Source: Alphaproteobacteria bacterium
GTDB taxonomy: Bacteria > Pseudomonadota > Alphaproteobacteria > SP197
Assembly (NCBI GenBank): GCA_964291265.2
Contig: OZ219746.1
Location: 9,578 to 73,577 of the forward strand
Length of the DNA stretch: 64,000 bases
Direction: 5' to 3'
Of the stretch, positions 28,446 through 38,409 are shown piece after piece. Made by a program: the position numbers and the translations under genes. How positions within the stretch are numbered: the first letter of the stretch is position 1; every line of letters begins with the position of its first letter. The notes beneath the pieces are model-generated. The model was not told where the DNA came from. It saw nothing but the letters and a program-made list of their open reading frames with translations, and searched no databases.

Positions 28446-28473
28446 ATTCTAGAGCGAGGGGTAGAAATGTCAA
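28446..28473 (-). promoter_or_regulatory. Sigma-70-like promoter candidate for the Ub-like operon
   Basis: On the minus strand: TTGACA (28473..28468), 16-nt spacer, TAGAAT (28451..28446), about 120 nt upstream of the Ubl ATG. Confidence 0.45.
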
Positions 28474-29423
28474 GCGCGTGGAACGGATCGCGGGGAACGT
28501 GTCGGACTTCTCCTTCGGTCTCAAGGCGGAGCGAAGGGAGAATGGTACCCCGGCACCGAAGCAAACCACTTCCGAGATGCGCAACGCAGCGCCGTAGGCG
28601 ACAACGGTTGCCATGCTGTAGCGCACGTCGGTGGATCGCCTGGATCAGGTGCTTGAAAGCCCGTCGGGAGTTGTCCGCGGCAGGCGTTCGGGAGCCCGGC
28701 GAGAACGAAGATGTTCGACGTTCTAGGGCTGATTGAGCACACTACCATAGAACAGGCGGATCGTCATGGTCCGGAACGCCATGGCCGATGACGGCATTTC
28801 TACGAGACGGCGGCCGGGGAGGGAGAGGCATGAGCCGCCCGTTGCCGGATTCAGCGCTTGTGCGTCTTTCGATCTCGGCGACGACGGGGAATGGGCGCAG
28901 GTCGCAGAGCGGGCTCGGGAACAGGGGAAGTCGGCCTCGCGCGGTTTGTGGATGCGGTGCTGGCGGTGGCCGATACCCGCACGGTCGAGGGTGAACGGGA
29001 CCTGCAACCCGAAGCCCGTCCGGCAAGGCGAACTGCTCTGAAACGGGCCCACCTCGGAAGACGCGGCAGCCGAAGACGGTGGACCACGATCTCGGACCAA
29101 GGAGCGAAATCATCTGCTGTTGCGCACAGTGGTACCGAGTTGGCAGATTGCATCCGGCAGGAGCGGTGGCTACCGCAGGCGTGACCGGTCCCGAGAGCGA
29201 CGCGGAGATGGGACGGGAACTCGAAAACGTGGAGACCTGATCGTGAACGAGGGCTGCGGTGCCAAGGGCGGGCGATACAGGATCATCGTAAGCGTTCGGC
29301 CGTGCGGTGACGGCTGATTTTGGTTGGTTTTGGGACTGGCTGACAACCGTCTGAGAAAGTGCTGGTAACGCATCCTCAACCGGTGAATATCACCAACAAT
29401 CACCGCGCGACCGAACGCTTACC

Positions 29424-29556
29424 CCGAAGCCATGTTGGCAGGAAAGGACGCCCGGGAGACCTCAAGCACGATGACCTGCAAGCGTCCGGTCTTGCCCCGG
29501 TTTTCGCTCGGCATTCTCCCAAGCGCTGTCATCCCCTCATGAGCGAACGCTTACCG
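29424..29556. repeat. 133-bp direct repeat, copy A (partner 31126..31258)
   Basis: ccgaagccatgttggcaggaaaggacgcccgggagacctcaagcacgatgacctgcaagcgtccggtcttgccccgg...atgagcgaacgcttaccg, with about 10 mismatches to copy B by eye. Confidence 0.85.
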
Positions 29557-30817
29557 CTGCCTGGGCCTGGCGGCCAGCACATCATCAAGACTTGGGGCGG
29601 CCAGCACCGCCTCCGCCCAGGCTTCCAGTTCGGCGGCCGACGCGCCGCGCACCCGCTCGCGGAACGCATCCGGCACATCACCGAAGCGCAAGGACAGTTG
29701 ACGAAGAAGAAGTTCCGCGAGGGCCTCGCTCCGGCCTCGTTCAAGTCCCCTCTCGAGTCTCTCGGCTCTTCCTCTCTCGATACCCTCGGCTCTTCCCCTC
29801 TCGATACCCTCGGCTCGTCCTCTCTCGATTCCCTCGGCTCGTCCTCTCTCGATACCCTCGGCTCGTCCTCTCTCGATTCCCTCGGCTCTTCCCCTCTCGA
29901 TACCCTCGGCTCTTCCCCTCTCGATACCCTCGGCTCTTCCCCTCTCGATACCCTCGGCTCTTCCCCTCTCGATACCCTCGGCTCTTCCCTGTTCGACCCA
30001 GGTTTGTGCGATCGTGCCCATCAACACCTCCCAATGGTCCGGCTTCGTCCGGCGCAAAGACGCCTCCAGCATGGCCGGCGTCAGGCCCTTGTGCTCGGTC
30101 ATGTAGCGCACAATATGGTGCTCGAAGTCGCTCCCTGCAAGCAGCCCGTCCATGATCACGTCGAGAAGATCGGGCGGTACCTCCTCGGCAAAGGCAAACC
30201 TGAGCGCCAGAAGAGCGGACCGCACCTCGGGCGAGGTCGACGGCCGGTCCGGCGCCATCTCCCCGAGGTCGTGCACCACATAGGCGAACTCCCTGACGAA
30301 CGACTTCAGCTTCTCGGGCGCGTCGATCATCTTCAGCACCGAGCGCGCCGCCTTCCAGCGCCCCCGGCCGTGATAGAAGACCAGGGGGATGATCGCCGGC
30401 AGCTTGATGTCGTTCCCGCCGCCCTCGCTCTTGCTCCGCTCGCTCTTGCTCCGCTCGATCTCGCGCCGCCAGATGTTGACCATGTATCCCAGGAGCTGGA
30501 GCGGCGTCGCGGCGTCGACGTAGCTCTTGTGTTCGAGCAGCACGTAGAGGCTTAGCATCTTTGCCGTCCTTCAATCTCACCCGGAACAGCGCATCGCACT
30601 GGGTGGTACGGGCGGCCTTGTCGACGAAACTCTCCCCAACCGCCTCGAACGGCGCCTCGGGATCGAGGAGTTCAGCCACCTTCCGCGGCAGGTAGTCGGT
30701 GAGCAGAGAAGCGGCACGGGACGGTTCGGAGACCAGTGCCCGGAACAGCGTATCGTGTCGATTCACCGGAAGTCTCACCGAGCGAGACCCCGGCGTTTCA
30801 ACGGGCATCGTGCTCAC
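29551..30817 (-). pseudogene. Rpn-family (YhgA-like, PD-(D/E)XK) nuclease/putative transposase, copy 2, split into two frames
   Basis: N-terminal 85 aa (MSTMPVETPGSRSVRLPVNRHDTLFRALV...CDALFRVRLKDGKDAK) are in one frame. MLSLYVLLEHKSYVD...(335 aa) is in the +1 frame. The break is at the same position as in copy 1. Confidence 0.8.
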
Positions 30818-30932
30818 GGGTTGGAAGGGGGAAGGTGTTCGTCATGGCGGCACCCTACGCCGAACAGCACCAGGGCGGCAATCGCGGCGCCTGACCCGGG
30901 GTGAGGCCTGCCAGACGTCAAGACCTCGATGG
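29558..30932. repeat. Direct repeat, copy 2 of the approx 1.1-1.4 kb duplication (partner 19036..20155)
   Basis: See copy 1. Copy 2 is longer because of a 24-bp tandem array and a 15-bp duplication (SKSERSKSE). Confidence 0.85.
29749..29990. repeat. 24-bp tandem repeat, about 10 units, in frame within Rpn copy 2 (encodes (GRAEGIER)n)
   Basis: The unit ctctcgataccctcggctcttccc is repeated with minor variants (t/c, tcc/ccc). The protein reads RAEGIERG x9 plus RAERLERG. Copy 1 has only about 3 degenerate units at the same place. Confidence 0.9.
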
Positions 30933-31125
30933 CGCTTGTTCCTCAGGTCGCCGCCATGCCCGTACTTCACTCGGGTGGCCTCAGCCCAAGCTATGGCCCC
31001 TCCCTATGCTGGGTTGTGGAACTGATAGAAGACCAGTGATCACCCGCGATTTTGGCAACAAACTTCAAGGTCACCAACCCGCCCTCGTCCCCGCCTTCGA
31101 TACCTCAAGACCGCTTCGCTGCCTG

Positions 31126-31258
31126 CCGAAGCCATAGTGGCAGGAAAGGACGCCCGGGAGACCTCATGCACGATGACCTGCAAGCGTCCGGTCTTGCCCC
31201 GGTATTCGCTCGGCACTCTCTCAGGCGCCGTCATCCCCTGATGAGCGAACGCTTACGG
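31126..31258. repeat. 133-bp direct repeat, copy B (partner 29424..29556)
   Basis: ccgaagccatagtggcaggaaaggacgcccgggagacctcatgcacgatgacctgcaagcgtccggtcttgccccgg...atgagcgaacgcttacgg. Confidence 0.85.
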
Positions 31259-31347
31259 ATCATCGCGGTCGGGGCTGAGGCGCGTCGAAGCCCGGTTCGC
31301 CGAACGCGCTGGGAGCCACGGCGGCAGCGGTCGCGGGCCGTGGTCCG

Positions 31348-31815
31348 ATGACTGACGTGTTGCTGTCGAACGATGAGCTCAACCGACACCGATTGGCCTT
31401 GAAGCGGGTGAGGAATCCCAATGCCCGTTGGCGGGCACAACCCGGACGGCACAAACAGCGGAATTTCAATGCCGTAACGGAAGACGGGGCGGTCTACCGG
31501 ATCTACCAACGGCAGGATCTGGATGACCATCTGGACTTCTCGTGCGGCTTGGTGCTGACGCGGTGCCGCGGCAAGCCGTTGAGCTTGGTTCGCTACAACG
31601 GGGCGAGTCACGTACACGTGAAGATCCGCTATGCTTGTCATGTTCATCGTGCTACGGCCGAGGCACTCGCGGCCGGGAGGAAAGTCGACAGCCACGCCGA
31701 AGGAACGGATCGATACAGGACCGTGGAGGGAGCGCTTGCGTGCCTGATGGAAGATTGTGGCGTGGAGGGTCTTTCCGCGAATCATGACGAGCTGGACTTG
31801 TTCGATGGCGCTTGA
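31348..31815 (+). CDS. Hypothetical protein (155 aa), first gene of a two-gene cassette
   Basis: Intact ORF whose stop overlaps the next gene's start by 11 nt. I recognise no motif; it is His/Cys-containing (..YNGASHVHVKIRYACHVHRATAEAL..). Confidence 0.45.
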   Translation: MTDVLLSNDELNRHRLALKRVRNPNARWRAQPGRHKQRNFNAVTEDGAVYRIYQRQDLDDHLDFSCGLVLTRCRGKPLSLVRYNGASHVHVKIRYACHVHRATAEALAAGRKVDSHAEGTDRYRTVEGALACLMEDCGVEGLSANHDELDLFDGA

Positions 31816-32587
31816 TCATGTGCAACTGGAAAGGCTGCTGTGCGAGCGCCTGTGCGCAGAGGTCAGGCTTCACCGGCGCGAGGACGATGTGCTGATGATG
31901 GAATCGCCATTCACCTTTCCGGATGGCGACCACTTCCCCATCTACTTGTCCGAAACGGCGGCCGGAGGCGTGAAACTCAGCGATCGCGGTCACACCCTGA
32001 TGCATCTGAGCTACGAGCATGACGTGAAGTTGTTCTACGAAGGCGCGCGCGCGTCTCTTCGTGAGCAAATCGTGCGTGAGAGCGGCATTGATGAAGACGA
32101 GGGCATCTTCTCCATCGAGACGCCGCTGGACCAGGTGGCGGGCACGCTGTTCAGGTTCGGGCAGGCATTGACGAAGATCCATGACCTGACGTTCCTGAGC
32201 CGAGAGAGGAGCGCCTTGACGTTCGATGAGGACCTGTGCGAGCTGGTCTTCGCCATCCTCGACGAGGAAGTCGTCGAGAGGGGCTACATACCGCCTGAGG
32301 TTCCGGACGCCAGACACTATCCGGTGGACTACCGTTTTGAGGGGAAGGACGGGATGTCGGTGTTCCTCTACGGGATTCCGGGCCGTGACAAGGCGCGGTT
32401 GAAGACAATCATGCTGTCGCATTTTCTGCTTCACCGTGTGCCTTTCGAGTCGGTCCTCGTTTTTGCAAATCAGCAGGAGATACCGAGACTCGACCTCGCG
32501 CGGCTGACCAATGTTGCCGGAACCGCGGTCGCCTCGCTCGAGGCGGAAGACGATCTGCGCCGAAAGCTCGAACGCCTTGCTGCGTGA
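31805..32587 (+). CDS. DUF1828/DUF1829-like protein (260 aa)
   Basis: ..MMESPFTFPDGDHFPIYLSETAAGGVKLSDRGHTLMHLSY.. resembles the DUF1828 N-terminal signature. ..VDYRFEGKDGMSVFLYGI..ARLKTIMLSHFLL.. resembles the DUF1829-like C-terminus. Assignment from memory of the motifs only. Confidence 0.5.
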   Translation: MALDHVQLERLLCERLCAEVRLHRREDDVLMMESPFTFPDGDHFPIYLSETAAGGVKLSDRGHTLMHLSYEHDVKLFYEGARASLREQIVRESGIDEDEGIFSIETPLDQVAGTLFRFGQALTKIHDLTFLSRERSALTFDEDLCELVFAILDEEVVERGYIPPEVPDARHYPVDYRFEGKDGMSVFLYGIPGRDKARLKTIMLSHFLLHRVPFESVLVFANQQEIPRLDLARLTNVAGTAVASLEAEDDLRRKLERLAA

Positions 32588-32754
32588 ACGCGTTCCGAAC
32601 AAGGACACGACCACTGTGCTGTGACGGGTATCGATGGCGATGGGTCGCCGAGAGCGTACTCTGACCTGCCCCCGTCGACTGGTGTCGGGTGAGTGCTGGC
32701 GCATTGAGGATTTCTCCGCCAGGCTGGGTGTTGAGCCGGCGGAGCGGAGCCGTG

Positions 32755-32835
32755 CGGCCAGCTTGGCGTCATGATCGTCTCGGGTGCTGGCGGCTGGTAT
32801 CCCAAGCCGCCATGTGGTCGCATGGAGTTGTCGTA
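32755..32835 (-). pseudogene. IS3-family transposase (OrfB, rve domain) 3' fragment, separated from its upstream part by the 32836..35363 insertion
   Basis: YDNSMRPHGGLGYQPPAPETI is the canonical rve C-terminal YNxxRPHxxLGYxxPAPE. It continues the ...IIIEAWRRH sequence that ends at 35364. Confidence 0.75.
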
Positions 32836-32940
32836 ACGCCCCGAACGCAAAAGGCACTTCTGCTTTGAGCGCGAAGTTGTGCATTGGCGCGACCGCCCTT
32901 TGATTGATTGGAGACGCAAACGGTAATATCGTTATGACAA

Positions 32941-33270
32941 ATGGCCCGATCATCGCGATCCCAAAAGGTCGAGCGGCTCAATACCGCGTACACCTTGCTC
33001 GCCCAAGGCGTGACGGCAAGCGAAGCGGTGCTTTGCCTGTCTCAGCGCTTCGGTTTGTCACGGCGTCAGGCGTATCGCTACCTCCAGGAGGCGTGCGCCA
33101 TGAGCCAGCCGGTCGAGCCGGCCGAGGCGGTGATCCCGATCACCATCAAGATTCCAGGCACGTTGGCGGAGGCTTTGCGGGCGCATTCCAGGAGCAGCGG
33201 CGATTCGATAGGGGAGATCGTCGCGCGGGCTTTGAGACGCTTCTTCTCGGACATGGGTCGTCATGGCTGA
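32941..33270 (+). CDS. Small DNA-binding protein (N-terminal HTH, C-terminal RHH-like)
   Basis: ..TASEAVLCLSQRFGLSRRQAYRYLQEA.. is HTH-like. ..ITIKIPGTLAEALRAHSRSSGDSIGEIVARALRRFF.. is CopG/RHH-like. It lies directly upstream of the recombinase gene. Confidence 0.55.
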   Translation: MARSSRSQKVERLNTAYTLLAQGVTASEAVLCLSQRFGLSRRQAYRYLQEACAMSQPVEPAEAVIPITIKIPGTLAEALRAHSRSSGDSIGEIVARALRRFFSDMGRHG

Positions 33271-33380
33271 ACGCCGCTCAAGCTCTCGGCCCGCCGCCAA
33301 GCTCCAGAACGCCTACGCGATCCTGGTGCCCGATCGGGCCCACAAGATCCCGCCGCGAACCCGCGACGTAGGAGACGATC

Positions 33381-35363
33381 ATGAAGATTGCAGCCCTGTA
33401 CGCGCGGGTCTCGGGCGAGCAGCAAAGGGATAGCAACACGATCGCCAGCCAGACCGAGGCCTTGGTTGCCTACGCCGAACGCCATGGCTACTGCGTGGCG
33501 CCCGACATGGTCATCGAGGATGACGGCTACGGCTATACCGGCGCGGTTCTCGAACGCCCGGGGCTGGAGCGTGTCAGGGACCTTGCCGCGGAGGGGCGCA
33601 TCGAGGCCGTCCTGGTCCATGCCCCGGATCGCTTGAGCCGCCGCTATGCCTATCAGGTTCTGATCATCGAGGAGCTGGCCCGCCAGGGCGTTGAGACCGT
33701 GTTCCTGAACGCGCCGTCGATGGAAACCCCAGAAGACCATCTCCTCGTCCAGTTCCAGGGAATGATCGCGGAATACGAGCGGGCGCAGATTCTGGAGCGT
33801 TCCCGTCGCGGCAAGCGTCATCGGGCGCGACGCGGCGAGGTCGCCGTCCTCGCCGGCGCACCCTATGGCTACCGCTACCACAAGAAAACCCAGGACAGCG
33901 ACGCTTTCTACGAAATCTCCGAACCGCAGACGTCCGTGGTTCGCGACATCTACCGCCATTACACCGAAGATCACGTCAGCATCGGCGCGATCGCTCGCAC
34001 ACTCAACGAGCGCGGTGTCCCCACGTCTTCCGGGCGCTCGCGCTGGGAACGCTCGGTGGCATGGGCGATCCTGCGGAATCCGGCGTACAAGGGAAGGGCG
34101 TGCTTCGGCAATACCCGGGTGGCGCCGCGCCGCAGCGTGCGGCCTCTGCGCCGCCGCGACGGGTTCGCCGACAGCAACACTGCCGGTCACGAACGGCCGC
34201 GGAAGGCTGGATCGAGATCCCGGTGCCGGCGATCGTCAGCGAAGAGACCTTCGCCCTCGCCGAAGAACGGCCGCAACGCAACAAGGTCTTCTCCAAACAG
34301 TCATGAACGTCGGCGTGCCTGCTTACCCCGCGCCATGAAACGTGAGCCTGTTGTGGCCGTTGGACAAGTGCGTTGATCCGGCGTATTGGTGCACGATCAT
34401 GCGAGCAGGTGGAGGTGGGTGACGAGGACGCTTGTATTTCGACGATGTCCTGACGCCTGAACGAACCAGACCCTTGATGGCCATAGACGCGGGGTAGCCG
34501 GAAAGGTCCAAGGTTCGTCAACAGGCGTCAGCCAGAACCACCACACGGCGGTCAGGCATGCGCCTGACCGACAGGTCGCTCGCGCCCTGTTCAACAAAAG
34601 GCGTCGCAGGGATCAGAAATGTTTCACAGCAAGCGTAGGACCAAAACACCCAGCGTCTCGCAGGGGCTCGTGGCGTGCGGCAAATGCGGCTACGCGCTGT
34701 ATCGCACGTCGGCCCGAACCACTGCCCGCAAGATCTCCTACTACCGCTGCCTGGGTTCCGACGCCTGGCGCCATCTCAACGGCCCTCTGTGCAACAGCCG
34801 TCCCGTGCGCCAGGATCTGCTCGATGACATCGTATGGACCGAGCTGGTCCGCTTGCTCGAAGATCCGGCGCTCGTGAAAGCAGAGATCGACCGACGACTG
34901 GAGGCAGCCCGTGTCTCCGATCCAAGCCAGTAGCGCGAGGCCGACCTTCGGCATCGGCTGATCAGGGTCCGCAAGGCCATCGACCGCCTCGTCACGGCCT
35001 ATCAGGAGGAGTTGATCACCATCGACGAGTTGCGCAACAGAACGCCCGAGCTCCGCCGTCAGGAACAAGCGCTGCATCGCGAACTGCAATCCACTGTCGA
35101 TCGCGCCAAGGATCGAGAGACTTATCTTCGGCTCGCCGAGACTCTGACCGGCTTTCTGGCGCGGCTGCATTCGTCAGCCGAAACTCTGGACATCGCCGAA
35201 CGGCAGCGTATCGCCCGGCTCCTCGTGAAGGAGATACTTGTCACCGAGGACAAAATCACTATCCGCCATTCCATCCCGATCTCGGGCTCGCCGGGCGCGG
35301 ACCCGTCGAAACCCGACAACGGCGGAACCGAAGGCGAGAGTTACCTTTCGCGTTCAGGGCGTC
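33381..35363 (+). pseudogene. Large serine recombinase, disrupted by a frameshift, an approx 330-bp insertion and an in-frame TAG
   Basis: MKIAALYARVSGEQQ.. (catalytic Ser motif) and ..PDRLSRRYAYQVLIIEEL.. (resolvase domain). The recombinase domain runs to about 34190, where the frame shifts (..EWIEIPVPAIVSEETFALAEERPQRNKVFSK). Insertion at about 34298..34633. Zn-ribbon GLVACGKCGYALYRTS...YYRCLG. TAG at 34931..34933. Then a coiled-coil C-terminus. Confidence 0.85.
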
Positions 35364-35720
35364 GTGGCGCCGCCATGCTTCAATGATGATCCGGGCCTCG
35401 TTCAGACTGTCGAGGATCTCGTCGCGGAACCGCGCGTTGGAGCTTTCGATACAGCCGATCTCCCAGGGTGAGCCCGGCTCGATGAAGGCGGTTCGGGCGC
35501 CGACCGCGTCGGTCCAGCGCCTGACCGGCGGCGAACTGGGGTCCGTTGTCGGAACGGATCCCAGACCGGGGACGCGGTGCAGGATGAACAGGTCGGTCAG
35601 CACGTCGATGACATCGGCAGAGGAAGGCTTGCGCCTTGACCGGATCGCCAGGTTCTCGCGGGCGAACTCGTCCAGGAGGTTGAGCATGCTTGAGCGTTTG
35701 CGCGGCAGTGTCCGCTGATC
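35364..35720 (-). pseudogene. IS3-family transposase (OrfB) central fragment, 5'-truncated and frameshifted
   Basis: ..LLDEFARENLAIRSRRKPSSADVIDVLTDLFILHRVPG.. and ..AFIEPGSPWEIGCIESSNARFRDEILDSLNEARIIIEAWRRH are in one frame. ..IRSDNGPQF.. is in another. Confidence 0.75.
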
Positions 35721-35975
35721 GTGACGCCGGGCGGATGAACCGGTCCGGTCCCGGTCGCAACATGGCAACGCCTCCCTGAATGGCGTCAACGTCGCGCCAA
35801 GGTCCCCGGCTGCGTCGACGTCTCCTCCAATGAACCATCGCAGGCCGGCGTTTCGCAAGCCACCAACCTTCACCGCGACAGCCGGGATCCCGCGCCTGTG
35901 GGGCGTCATGTGGCCCGGGCGGGCCATGAAGGTCCGCCCGGGCCACAGCGAGATGGCGGTTCTTCCTTCCCTGGT

Positions 35976-38379
<2,404 letters not shown>

Positions 38380-38409
38380 GAACAATCATGCCCGGGGGAT
38401 ACCTGCCTT

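Larger units (their letters stand above)
32836..35363 (+). mobile_element. Compact 2.53-kb element with imperfect 22-bp terminal inverted repeats, encoding an HTH/RHH protein and a (now dead) large serine recombinase; inserted in an IS3 transposase gene
   Basis: Left end is acgccccgaacgcaaaaggca (32836..). The RC of the right end is acgccctgaacgcgaaaggta (..35362). That is 19/22 matches. The flanks join to give an uninterrupted IS3 OrfB reading ...EAWRRH|YDNSMRPH... Confidence 0.75.

Noticed and set aside
28766-29100. Possible MobC/RHH-like relic (..ASFDLGDDGEWAQVAERAREQGKSASR.. continuing in another frame as ..FVDAVLAVADTRT..).
   Set aside because: This is only a short ribbon-helix-helix-like pattern split over two frames. 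It is too weak to call without a profile search.
29749-29990. Whether the 24-bp tandem array, or the 396-bp array at 62157..63722, could be CRISPR.
   Set aside because: The repeats are contiguous with no unique spacers. They lie in frame inside coding sequences, and no cas genes are present.
31230-31258. A CUGAUGAG string (..cccctgatgagcgaacgctta..) reminiscent of the hammerhead ribozyme core.
   Set aside because: The paralogous repeat copy has CUCAUGAG at the same place (29537..29544). No stem II/GAAA/stem III arrangement or cleavage-site triplet can be drawn. Most likely coincidence.
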